From the NCBI RefSeq assembly GCF_000008665.1, contig NC_000917.1, forward strand, positions 1,950,001 through 1,982,000: a DNA stretch of 32,000 bases, in the 5' to 3' direction. The notes beneath the pieces were generated by a model. It was not told the DNA's origin, did not search any database, and saw only the letters and a program-made list of their open reading frames with translations. The stretch comes from Archaeoglobus fulgidus DSM 4304. Its GTDB lineage: Archaea; Halobacteriota; Archaeoglobi; Archaeoglobales; Archaeoglobaceae. This document shows, piece after piece, positions 16,913 to 25,279 of the stretch. The stretch's first letter is position 1. The number at the start of each line of letters is the position of its first letter. Made by a program: the position numbers and the translations under genes.

Positions 16913-18159
16913 AGGAACTCCCTCGGGTCTGCTATGTATCCCTTAACAGCACTTGCTGCAGCTGTAGCTGGTGAGGCAAGGAAAATTTCCGCGTTCGGAT
17001 TGCCCATTCTGCCCTTGAAGTTTCTGTTTTGAGTGGAGATGCAAACCTCGCCATCAGCCAGAATTCCCTGATGGATTCCCACACACGGCCCGCAGCCGGG
17101 GTTGAGAACCATTCCTCCAGCCTCAACGAAAACTCTTATCAGCCCCTTATCGAGGGCCTGCAGATAGACTCTCCTGCTTGCAGGGACAACAATCAGCCTA
17201 ACACCCTCCTTAACCTTCCTGCCCTTCAGGATTCTTGCAGCAACCTCTAAGTCAGAAAGCCTGCCGTTTGTGCATGTTCCGATGTAAACCTGATTTACCT
17301 CCGTGCCCTCAACCTCGCTAATCTCTGCAACATTGTCAACGTTGTGGGGCTTTGAGACAACCGGAACGAGGGAGGAAACGTCCATGTAAATCTCCTTTTC
17401 ATACTCTGCATCCTCATCCGCCTTTACCTCTCTGAAATCCCCCTCCCTCCCAAGCTCGGCGAGGAATTTCCTCGTGTTCTCATCGCTCTCGAAAATTCCC
17501 GCTTTGGCTCCGCACTCTACCGCCATATTGGCTATTGTGAGCCTCTCCTCCACAGTCATGTTCTCAGCACACTCCCCGTGGAACTCAAGGGCCTTGTAGG
17601 TTGCTCCGTCAACACCAAGATCACCTATGAGCTTCAGTATCACATCCTTGGCGAAAACTCCTTTGGGGAGAGAGCCGTCAAGCTGAACTCTGAAGCTCTC
17701 AGGAACTCTGAACCAGTTCTTGCCGAGTGCGATGGCAACTGCAACATCAGTAGAACCCATTCCCGTGGAGAAAGCTCCAATTCCTCCGTAGGTGCATGTG
17801 TGGCTGTCAGCCCCAACGGCCAAATCTCCGGGCTTGACGTACCGCTCTACCATAATCTGGTGGATTATCCCCTCTCCGGGCGGGTTGAAGTCCGCCCCAA
17901 CCTTTTTTGCAAACTCGTAGATGAACTTCTGGTCGTTGCTCAGCTCCCTTCTTGGCGAGGGAGCGGCGTGGTCAACGAAAAAGTGTGTCCTGTCTGCTGC
18001 TCTAACCTCCGTTCCGAGCTCCATCAGCTGCCTTATTGCCAGAGGAGCCGTGCCGTCCTGCAGGGCTATCTGGTCAATCTCGGCAACAACAATGTCACCG
18101 GCGTAAGCGTCACTCTTCGATTTTTCGCTGAGTATTTTTTCTGCAATAGTTTTGCCCAT
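16909..18159 (-). CDS. leuC: Aconitase-family dehydratase large subunit (3-isopropylmalate or homoaconitate dehydratase, LeuC/HacA)
   Basis: DSHTCTYG, IGTCTNGRLSD and NPGCGPCVG cluster-ligand motifs. No small subunit is adjacent. Confidence 0.88.
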   Translation of the reverse strand: MGKTIAEKILSEKSKSDAYAGDIVVAEIDQIALQDGTAPLAIRQLMELGTEVRAADRTHFFVDHAAPSPRRELSNDQKFIYEFAKKVGADFNPPGEGIIHQIMVERYVKPGDLAVGADSHTCTYGGIGAFSTGMGSTDVAVAIALGKNWFRVPESFRVQLDGSLPKGVFAKDVILKLIGDLGVDGATYKALEFHGECAENMTVEERLTIANMAVECGAKAGIFESDENTRKFLAELGREGDFREVKADEDAEYEKEIYMDVSSLVPVVSKPHNVDNVAEISEVEGTEVNQVYIGTCTNGRLSDLEVAARILKGRKVKEGVRLIVVPASRRVYLQALDKGLIRVFVEAGGMVLNPGCGPCVGIHQGILADGEVCISTQNRNFKGRMGNPNAEIFLASPATAAASAVKGYIADPREFL

Positions 18160-18241
18160 ACTGCAAGTTAGTTCGGTGCTTTTTAAGTTAACCGTTTGTT
18201 TCTTAGAAAAGCCTTAAATACTTTTTTAATGAACTCTCAAA

Positions 18242-18781
18242 GTGTTGGTTAAGAGGCTTGGAGAGCTGCTGGACAAAAAAGTCTCTAAAAAGACGGATGC
18301 CGCCGTGGTGGTTCCGGTTTTTGATGAGAAGTGCCCGAAAATTGTGATGATAAAGCGCTCGAAGGGTTTGAACAGGAGCGCGGGTCACATAGCCTTTCCC
18401 GGTGGGATGATTGAGGATGGCGAGAACGAGGTTGAAGCAGCTTTGAGAGAGTTTGAGGAGGAGCTTGGAATAAATCCCGAATGTGTTGATGTTCTAGGAT
18501 TTTTAAGGCCGCGGGAGGTTCACGAGTACAGGATAATGATTTGCCCCGTTGTGGGGATGATAAGGACGCTCGATTTCGTACCTGATGGGAGAGAGGTGAG
18601 CAGAGTTCTGGTCGATGAACTCAGAAAGGTTCTCAAGTCGAGAAGAATCACGGACTGGGGGCCGAACTTCGAGTGTGCAGGGCAGCTCGTTTGGGGAGCG
18701 TCGAGCAGAGTTCTGGACGACCTTTATTTGAGGATCGTTAGGCGATACGGCTCTGTTGATGCGTTTTTTGAGGGGATTTAG
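18242..18781 (+). CDS. NUDIX hydrolase, CoA-pyrophosphatase-like
   Basis: Nudix box GGMIEDGENEVEAALREFEEELGI. GTG start. Confidence 0.8.
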   Translation: MLVKRLGELLDKKVSKKTDAAVVVPVFDEKCPKIVMIKRSKGLNRSAGHIAFPGGMIEDGENEVEAALREFEEELGINPECVDVLGFLRPREVHEYRIMICPVVGMIRTLDFVPDGREVSRVLVDELRKVLKSRRITDWGPNFECAGQLVWGASSRVLDDLYLRIVRRYGSVDAFFEGI

Positions 18782-18838
18782 GACTCATTGGTATGTGAAT
18801 CGGGGTAAAGTACTTATTTTTTGATTTCTAATTAGGGC

Positions 18839-19393
18839 ATGCTTCTCAACGAGAAGGATTTCAAAAATGAAGGTGTGAAAATAGCAGCCCTCATCATGGC
18901 TGAATCGGCGAGAACGGCTCCTAAGTCCAAGGGTGAGGACACCATCGAAATCGTTTACGTTGACGGCGAGGAAATGGAGAAAATTGCTGCAAAAATGGAG
19001 GAAATGGCTGAAGGAGGGGATAAGGATTTTATCAGAGATGCTGAAAGCGTAAGAAAATCTCAGGCGATTTTGTTGATAGGGGCCAAGGGGGACAGAACGG
19101 TGGGTGTTAACTGCCAGGCATGCGGCTTTGAAAGCTGCTCCGAATTCAAGAAGGCTGATAGGAAGGGTGAGAACTTTGTGGGGCCTAACTGCGCCTTCAG
19201 AATGATTGACCTCGGCATCGCTCTCGGCTCGGCGGTGAAAGTTTCAGCGATGCTCGGGATTGACACGAGAATCATGTACAGAATTGGAATTGCGGCAAAG
19301 AAGCTTGGAATGATTGATGCGGACGTTGTGATGGGCGTTCCGCTGTCAGCACTGGGCAAGAGCCCCTACTTCGACAGAGCGCCCAAAAAATAA
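18839..19393 (+). CDS. DUF2148/COG4739-like protein with a ferredoxin-type domain
   Basis: VNCQACGFESCSEF and GPNCAFRMIDLGIALGSA resemble this family as I remember it. Confidence 0.55.
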   Translation: MLLNEKDFKNEGVKIAALIMAESARTAPKSKGEDTIEIVYVDGEEMEKIAAKMEEMAEGGDKDFIRDAESVRKSQAILLIGAKGDRTVGVNCQACGFESCSEFKKADRKGENFVGPNCAFRMIDLGIALGSAVKVSAMLGIDTRIMYRIGIAAKKLGMIDADVVMGVPLSALGKSPYFDRAPKK

Positions 19394-19397
19394 TTTT

Positions 19398-20084
19398 TCA
19401 AAACTTATCTGGAATTCCAGCATTGTAGAAAAGTCTCAGTGCCATTAACGCGACAATGAGCAGATGCACCAAAGTAAGAGCTTTGACCCCCTTGGTTGGA
19501 AATCGTGTTAGCATTGGCTCCTTTGAGATGATAAGAGTCATTAGCGGCATAATGGACATAGTGAGGAGTGGTAACAGGACTGCTCCTGTAAACTTGTCAG
19601 TGTAGCTGTCGGGTCGTCCGGTTATGTCGAAGTGTGTGGCAATAGATTTGGGCAAGTTATTCCAGAGGGCAAGAAGGAGAATAAGATACGCAGCTAACGA
19701 AATCAGCTGGATTAAAAGATGTCGCTCGACTTTTACAGGCTCAAGCTGTTTTTTGGCCTTTGCAGGCATTCGCAGGTCCTCCTTTTCATAGGCTTCCTTG
19801 CCCACTCTGTAGCTTAGAAATGCTACTGCAACGATTATAATTAGGAATACAATAAGAAAAACTTGATCGGGGAGGTTTAGCAGCATGTTCATTGCAATAA
19901 GCACCAATCCTGCCATAACGCAGAATATGCCAGCAAAGGTGTTTGCTTTTCTCCACGCTTCTTTTGAAAGGTAGGTGTATCCCATTCTTACTCCGACATA
20001 CGGATTAGGTCTGTTTCTGAGAGCATAGGTGAGCAGCCCTATAATTATCAGCAAAAAGGACAGAAAAGTTTTCAAATCTTCCAT
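19398..20084 (-). CDS. Polytopic membrane protein with SdpI-like and DUF1648-like halves
   Basis: PYVGVRMGYTYLSKEAWRKANTFAG resembles the SdpI motif. LPKSIATHFDITGRPDSY resembles DUF1648. Six or more hydrophobic spans. It overlaps the upstream PadR gene by 13 nt. Confidence 0.6.
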   Translation of the reverse strand: MEDLKTFLSFLLIIIGLLTYALRNRPNPYVGVRMGYTYLSKEAWRKANTFAGIFCVMAGLVLIAMNMLLNLPDQVFLIVFLIIIVAVAFLSYRVGKEAYEKEDLRMPAKAKKQLEPVKVERHLLIQLISLAAYLILLLALWNNLPKSIATHFDITGRPDSYTDKFTGAVLLPLLTMSIMPLMTLIISKEPMLTRFPTKGVKALTLVHLLIVALMALRLFYNAGIPDKF

Positions 20085-20431
20085 TCTTTCACCTCCTCTA
20101 CTTTCTCAATTACGTTTCTTAAAATGCTAATTTCTCTTCTTAAATCCTTCAGAACAACTTTTCCGAGTTCTGTTAGTCTGTAGCATTTCCTTGGTCTCGT
20201 ATCCTCAACCCAGAAGCTCTCCACAAGACCCTGCTTTTGCAGACGCTTCAGAAGGTCGTACAGTGCACCCTCGGAGGGGACGAATTCTCCAGAACTCAGG
20301 TTTTCGAAAGATTTTCTTATGGCGTATCCGTGCATTTCACCGTTTTCCAGAATGTTCAGGACTGCATAGGAGTAGATACCCGACCTTATTTCTTTTCTTA
20401 GCCTCTTCAACACCTTTTCCCTGTTTCCCAT
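20072..20431 (-). CDS. PadR-family transcriptional regulator
   Basis: YAVLNILENGEMHGYAIRKSF...SEGALYDLLKRLQKQGLVESFW. The ATG at 20431 is preferred over the track GTG at 20440. Confidence 0.85.
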   Translation of the reverse strand: MGNREKVLKRLRKEIRSGIYSYAVLNILENGEMHGYAIRKSFENLSSGEFVPSEGALYDLLKRLQKQGLVESFWVEDTRPRKCYRLTELGKVVLKDLRREISILRNVIEKVEEVKEWKI

Positions 20432-20442
20432 AAACACCACTA

Positions 20443-20460
20443 ACTACGATACATCGTAGT
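20443..20460. promoter_or_regulatory. Perfect 8-2-8 palindrome ACTACGAT-AC-ATCGTAGT, candidate PadR operator
   Basis: Read directly from the sequence. It lies between a TATA-like ACATATAC (minus strand, about 20466-20473) and the padR start. Confidence 0.45.
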
Positions 20461-20480
20461 AAGTAGTATATGTAACTTTC

Positions 20481-20501
20481 GTATAACAATTGTATAACAA
20501 T
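20481..20501. repeat. Direct repeat GTATAACAAT x2 separated by one base
   Basis: 20481-20490 and 20492-20501 are identical. The repeat sits just upstream of the T-rich box at 20507-20515. Confidence 0.6.
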
Positions 20502-20538
20502 CCTAACTTTTTTAGAGCTCCTCACACCTGTATTTTTC

Positions 20539-20619
20539 ATGCAGGCATACCGCTACGAGTGCAAAGCTGAGGGAGGGCTGACGCATTACGTTGCTCTGGA
20601 TGAGGAAACACCCTTTTAA
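20539..20619 (+). CDS. Unannotated 26-aa ORF MQAYRYECKAEGGLTHYVALDEETPF, candidate precursor peptide
   Basis: ATG 20539 to TAA 20617-20619, ending 15 nt before the radical SAM start. A T-rich TATA-like box is centred about 28 nt upstream, which fits a leaderless transcript. The evidence is positional only. Confidence 0.3.
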   Translation: MQAYRYECKAEGGLTHYVALDEETPF

Positions 20620-20634
20620 TTTTTTGGTGGGACT

Positions 20635-21873
20635 ATGCTGAAAGAATTGGAGGTAAATGGTAAAAGGTTTTTCTTGGCTCCCGAATCCAACTTTTGGGCC
20701 ATAGGTGAGAGAGAGGAGGTGGAGAGGTTCTACAGAGAAAGAAAGGATGCTCTTCTGGAGGAAATGCAGAGATACCGATTTGAGGTTGACATCAGGACTG
20801 CTTACATCAACCCTACCGAGAGCTGCAACAGAAACTGTCCGTACTGCTACATCCCTGCCGAAATCAGAGAAAGGGGGACAAAGATGAGCTACGAAAAGCT
20901 TGAAGAGATCCTCACGGTGCTTGCCGAAAATGGTGTGGAGAGAGTCATTTTTCACGGAGCGGAGCCCTTAATGGTAAAGGATGAAATCTTCAGAGCAATG
21001 GAGGATTTCGATTTCAAGTACGGCATCCAGACTAACGCAACGCTGCTGGAGGAAGAAGACGCTGAGCTTCTCATGAAGAAGGGGGCAAGCGTTGGAATTT
21101 CCCTCGACAGCCCATACAAGGAGACGAACGATTATCTGAGGGGAAAGGGGCATTACGATGCTGTTATGAGGGCTCTCGACTTCTTTGATGGTTATAGGAG
21201 CTTAAATATTATAATGACGGTTAACAAGCACAACTTCCAGCATCTGCCTGCAATGGTTGACTTTCTCGCCGGAAAAGTTAGTGTGATGCTCGCAAATCCT
21301 GTAAGAGGGACAAGTCCGGGTGGAAGGGAGTTGAGACCGCCGGAAGGATTCGAAGATTACTACATCAAAGCCATTGATAGGGCGATCGAGAACACGAAGA
21401 GCGGTAGGAGGATAGTTATCGGCGATTTTGCCAACATTCTCCTCGGGCTGGTCGCACCCACGTCCAGAGTTCTGCAGTGCGACATTTCTCCCTGCGGCGG
21501 CGGGAGAAGGTTTTTCGCAGTAAGTGCGGACGGCATATACCCCTGCGGGGAGTTCATCGGTATGGAAGAGTTCAGAGCAAATCTTTCGGCCCTATCCGAC
21601 TGGAGCAGCTTGATTGAGAAGTTTGAGGTAGTCAGAAAGAGGACCGTTGAGCAAATTGAGGAGTGCAGGAATTGTGAGTTCAGAAATCTCTGCGGAGCCC
21701 CCTGTCCGGCGGAAATTTACGCCGAAAGTGGAACAATGCTCAGGAAAAGCCCATACTGTGAGTTCTACAAAAAACTTGCCCTGAAGGCCATGGACGTCAT
21801 AGCGAGGGGTGATGTAAGGAACGTTCTGAAGCTTGAAAGGATGAAGGCTATCTACAGGGTTGAAGATTTTTAA
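20635..21873 (+). CDS. Radical SAM enzyme with a C-terminal SPASM-type auxiliary-cluster domain (peptide/protein maturase class)
   Basis: CNRNCPYCY (CxxxCxxC) after an N-terminal extension of about 60 aa. C-terminal cysteines are CDISPCGGG, YPCGEF, CRNCEFRNLCGAPCPAE and PYCEF. Confidence 0.85.
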   Translation: MLKELEVNGKRFFLAPESNFWAIGEREEVERFYRERKDALLEEMQRYRFEVDIRTAYINPTESCNRNCPYCYIPAEIRERGTKMSYEKLEEILTVLAENGVERVIFHGAEPLMVKDEIFRAMEDFDFKYGIQTNATLLEEEDAELLMKKGASVGISLDSPYKETNDYLRGKGHYDAVMRALDFFDGYRSLNIIMTVNKHNFQHLPAMVDFLAGKVSVMLANPVRGTSPGGRELRPPEGFEDYYIKAIDRAIENTKSGRRIVIGDFANILLGLVAPTSRVLQCDISPCGGGRRFFAVSADGIYPCGEFIGMEEFRANLSALSDWSSLIEKFEVVRKRTVEQIEECRNCEFRNLCGAPCPAEIYAESGTMLRKSPYCEFYKKLALKAMDVIARGDVRNVLKLERMKAIYRVEDF

Positions 21874-21910
21874 GCGTTAAATTTTTAACTGAAAATAATC
21901 AAAATTTTTT

Positions 21911-23437
21911 GTGAGGAAAAGGTATGCTGCCCTGGCAATTGTCCTTGCGCTGATTTTGTCTCTGGCCCTACCAGAACTGCTTTTCCAGCTCTATCCCTCT
22001 TCTGCTGTACTTAATGTGGATAAGCTCTTAAATCCCCCACCTGAGAACCCAAATCCCTTCGCTGCGGAGCCTCCAGCCAACAAATACCTCGATTCGGTGT
22101 GGGCTGAGAGCCACAGAAACAGCTACTGTCAGGCAAGCTCCCCATTCGAAGCTCCAAGGTTTCCGGAAAAGCTGAGATTTGAGTACCTCACCCTCCGCGA
22201 TCTCCCCATAACAATAGCGTTCTCCGAGCCCTACGAAGACGGCAAGAGGGTTGCGTGGGTCTCAACAGTTGGCTTTACCGGCAAGATAGCCAAGATAGAC
22301 CTCGAAAACTTCAGCTTGATAGATGAAATCACTCCTGAAGGGCACAGAATGGGCATAAGCGGCGCCTATAGCGTTCTCGCGAATCGCACCTTCTTCGTTC
22401 CAAAGCTGAACAGGATATACGCTTACGGTGATAACGGCAGACTTTCCAGAATCGAGCTGAAGGGTGTCTTTGAGCTACCTGAAGTGTGCAGCGGAGAGGA
22501 GATAGTTGGAATAACGCTTACCTACGACGGAATGATAGCCTTTGCAACGAACTTCGGCAGGGTTGGTGTAGTATCGCCCAACTTTGGCGATTACGCCCTT
22601 TACCCAATAAACCAAAACTGCGAGATTGCCGAGACGATTTCCAACTCCATAGCCGCAGATGAGAGCGGTGGGATATACGTCGTGACAGATAAGGCGGTGT
22701 ACAGAATAAACTGGGACGGCAAGAGTTTGAGACTCGGCTGGAGGGCCGAATACCAGACTGGGGAGCAGAGGGGAGGGAGGCTCGGAAAGGGCTCCGGCTC
22801 CACCCCATCGCTTATGAACTGCGGCGAGGACAGGTTTGTGGTTATAACAGATGGACAGAGGCTCATGCACATGGTTCTTTTCTGGAGGGATGAGATTCCA
22901 GAAGACTGGAAAGGGATTGAGGGAAGAGACAGGAGGATTGCTGCTGAAGTCCCCGTAACATTCGGCTTTGAGAAGGATGAGAGCTACTCCGAGCAGTCGG
23001 TGCTTGTTAGAAACTGCTCTGCAGCGATAACAAACAACAGGCTTGGCTTGAGGTTGCTCGACCTCCTGCCAGAAAGGCTTCAACCATTCTCTATGCTCCT
23101 CTCTAACGTCCCAGGAATCGCTCCTTACGGAGTTGAGAAGTTCGAGTGGGATGCTGAGAAAAGAGCACTCAGAAGCGTGTGGGCGAGCAACGTGAGCATT
23201 CCAAACGCCATACCGACAATGAGTGACAAAACGAATCTCCTCTACGCCATAGGCCAGAGAGGTGGATTCTGGACTCTCGAAGCTGTGAACTGGGAAAGCG
23301 GTGAGGCTGTGTGGTATGCGCGAATCTCTCCCCTCCCTGCTCACAACAGCTTTTACGCTGCAACTGAAATCGGCCCGGATGGCTGCATCTATACGGGCAT
23401 GCTCTGGGGTGTGGCGAGGCTCTGCAACGCGGATTAA
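21911..23437 (+). CDS. Secreted or membrane-anchored hypothetical protein with beta-propeller-like repeats (508 aa)
   Basis: GTG start. N-terminus MRKRYAALAIVLALILSLALP is hydrophobic. Recurrent blade-like segments include GGIYVVTDKAVYRINWDGKSLRLGW, NLLYAIGQRGGFWTLEAVNWESGEAVWY and DGCIYTGMLWGVARL. Confidence 0.7.
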   Translation: MRKRYAALAIVLALILSLALPELLFQLYPSSAVLNVDKLLNPPPENPNPFAAEPPANKYLDSVWAESHRNSYCQASSPFEAPRFPEKLRFEYLTLRDLPITIAFSEPYEDGKRVAWVSTVGFTGKIAKIDLENFSLIDEITPEGHRMGISGAYSVLANRTFFVPKLNRIYAYGDNGRLSRIELKGVFELPEVCSGEEIVGITLTYDGMIAFATNFGRVGVVSPNFGDYALYPINQNCEIAETISNSIAADESGGIYVVTDKAVYRINWDGKSLRLGWRAEYQTGEQRGGRLGKGSGSTPSLMNCGEDRFVVITDGQRLMHMVLFWRDEIPEDWKGIEGRDRRIAAEVPVTFGFEKDESYSEQSVLVRNCSAAITNNRLGLRLLDLLPERLQPFSMLLSNVPGIAPYGVEKFEWDAEKRALRSVWASNVSIPNAIPTMSDKTNLLYAIGQRGGFWTLEAVNWESGEAVWYARISPLPAHNSFYAATEIGPDGCIYTGMLWGVARLCNAD

Positions 23438-23480
23438 GTGGAAAAAAGGTTAATAAGTCCCTAACACTCAATTATATACC

Positions 23481-23927
23481 GTGAAGGTCGCACTTGGTGG
23501 AACCTTCGAGCCGTTGCACGAGGGGCACAAAAAGCTGATTGACGTGGCGATAAAGCTTGGAGGAAGGGACATAACCATAGGCGTTACCAGCGACAGAATG
23601 GCGAGAGCGAGAATCAGGAGCGTCCTACCCTTTGCCATAAGAGCGGAGAACGTGAAAAGGTACGTCATGAGAAAATACGGGTTCGAGCCGGAAATTGTTA
23701 AGATAACCAACCCCTACGGAAAAACGCTCGATGTTGACTTCGAGTACCTCGTTGTATCGCCAGAAACCTACGAGATGGCTTTGAAGATTAACCAGAAGAG
23801 GGAAGAGCTCGGAAAGAGAAAGATAACCATAGTAAAGGTTGACTGGATGATGGCAGAAGACGGGAAGCCCATTTCTTCAACAAGAATAAAGAGGGGCGAG
23901 ATAGACAGGTACGGCGGGATTATCTAA
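23481..23927 (+). CDS. coaD: Archaeal phosphopantetheine adenylyltransferase (cytidylyltransferase fold)
   Basis: GGTFEPLHEGHKKL (HxGH) and ISSTRIKRGE. GTG start. Confidence 0.85.
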   Translation: MKVALGGTFEPLHEGHKKLIDVAIKLGGRDITIGVTSDRMARARIRSVLPFAIRAENVKRYVMRKYGFEPEIVKITNPYGKTLDVDFEYLVVSPETYEMALKINQKREELGKRKITIVKVDWMMAEDGKPISSTRIKRGEIDRYGGII

Positions 23928-23929
23928 GC

Positions 23930-24260
23930 TGAGGTTTCCAGAAGGAAAAGCTCGTCGAGCGTGTTAAGGAAAAGGGCTTCGTAAAGCTCAGGCTGCATTT
24001 CCAGTACAACTTTCCCCCTAGTGAGCACATAATGTCTAAACTTGGCTGGCAGAAGGATACAACATCAACGGGGAGAGAAAGCTCATCCTCAAGCCTCACT
24101 CCGAGCCTTAGATAGAATTTGAGGCTTTTGTTTGTTGAGTAACGTGATAATGTTGTATCTCACCGCAAGCCTTTCAACCTTGCTCATGCTTTCAAAATCC
24201 TTTGAAGTTATCTCTCTGATGGACTCAATGGAGTCGTAAATGTTCCTTTATCAGCCTCTT
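23930..24260 (-). pseudogene. Decayed ORF remnant, MNT-type nucleotidyltransferase-like
   Basis: Three minus-strand frame segments read NIYDSIESIREITSKDFESMSKVERLAVRYNIITL.., ..LRLGVRLEDELSLPVDVVSF.. and ..AKFRHYVLTRGKVVLEMQPELYEALFLNTLDELF. Stops and frame changes separate them, and the catalytic GS/DxD region seems to be missing. Confidence 0.35.
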
Positions 24261-24373
24261 AACGAAATTCCGGTTTATTACAAAGTTAAATCACTTCAAT
24301 CTTTAAAAATTTTCCAGCTTGCAAAAATAAAAAGATTTAAATCGCTTCTACCAAACAAAAAGCAGGTGATAGT

Positions 24374-25267
24374 ATGAAAGTGAATGGTGTTGAGGTTGAG
24401 GAGACTTTTGCTGAGGCCTTCGATATAAAAATTGCGAGGGTTTTGATAACGGGCTACGACTATTACTGGGCCTGGGTTGCTGCCAACGAGGCTACGGGGT
24501 TTGGCACCTCGGTAATTATGTGCCCTGCCGAGGCTGGAATCGAGATTAAGGCCAAGCCCTCAGAAACTCCCGATGGGAGGCCGGGATACTACATCCAGAT
24601 CTGCCACATGAGCAAGAAGGGGCTTGAGGAGCAGCTTCTGGCCAGACTCGGCCAGTGTGTGCTTACGGCTCCAACTACGGCAGTGTTTAACGGTTTGCCA
24701 GACGCTGAAGAGAAGTTCGACACCGGCTTCAAGCTGAAGTTCTTCGCCGATGGCTACGAGAAGGAAGTTGAGGTTGGAGGAAGGAAGTGCTGGGCCGTGC
24801 CAATGATGGAAGGAGACTTCATAATCGAGAACGACATCGGCTACACAAACGGAATTGCTGGAGGAAACTTCTTCATTATGGCCGAAACGCAGCCATCAGC
24901 CCTTGCTGCCGCAAAAGCTGCTGTTGATGCGATTAGCGACGTTGAGGGCGTAATCACTCCGTTCCCTGGTGGAATCGTCGCCTCTGGCTCGAAGGTTGGG
25001 GCCAACAAGTACAAGTTCCTGAAAGCATCAACCAATGAGAAATTCGCTCCGAGCATCAGAGACCAGGTCGAGGGAACGCAGATTCCTGAGGGAGTTAAGG
25101 CGGTTTACGAGATTGTCATCAACGGTCTCAACGCTGATGCAATAAAGGAGGCCACGAGAGTCGGAATACTCGCTGCTACAAAGATTCCGGGAGTCGTGAA
25201 GATTACTGCCGGCAATTACGGTGGGAAGCTCGGAAAGCACATCATAAACCTGAACGAGCTCTTCTAA
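24374..25267 (+). CDS. ftr: Formylmethanofuran:tetrahydromethanopterin N-formyltransferase
   Basis: MKVNGVEVEETFAEAFDIKIARVLITG...ATGFGTSVIMCPAEAGIE is typical Ftr. GGTGA Shine-Dalgarno at 24364-24368. TATA-like boxes at 24301-24313 and 24334-24343. Confidence 0.9.
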   Translation: MKVNGVEVEETFAEAFDIKIARVLITGYDYYWAWVAANEATGFGTSVIMCPAEAGIEIKAKPSETPDGRPGYYIQICHMSKKGLEEQLLARLGQCVLTAPTTAVFNGLPDAEEKFDTGFKLKFFADGYEKEVEVGGRKCWAVPMMEGDFIIENDIGYTNGIAGGNFFIMAETQPSALAAAKAAVDAISDVEGVITPFPGGIVASGSKVGANKYKFLKASTNEKFAPSIRDQVEGTQIPEGVKAVYEIVINGLNADAIKEATRVGILAATKIPGVVKITAGNYGGKLGKHIINLNELF

Positions 25268-25279
25268 ATTTTTATTTTT

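Noticed and set aside
17578-18171. 197-aa plus-strand ORF
   Set aside because: It is antisense to the strongly supported aconitase-family gene, and its translation has no recognisable motifs.
20512-20955. 147-aa minus-strand ORF across the rSAM start and the small ORF
   Set aside because: It is antisense to the radical SAM gene, whose CxxxCxxC motif fixes the coding strand. It has no motifs of its own.
22475-23344. 289-aa minus-strand ORF, plus 22518-22808 and 22600-22872
   Set aside because: They lie entirely antisense within the 508-aa propeller gene. The translations are Ser/Arg/Pro-rich and not protein-like, typical of shadow ORFs.
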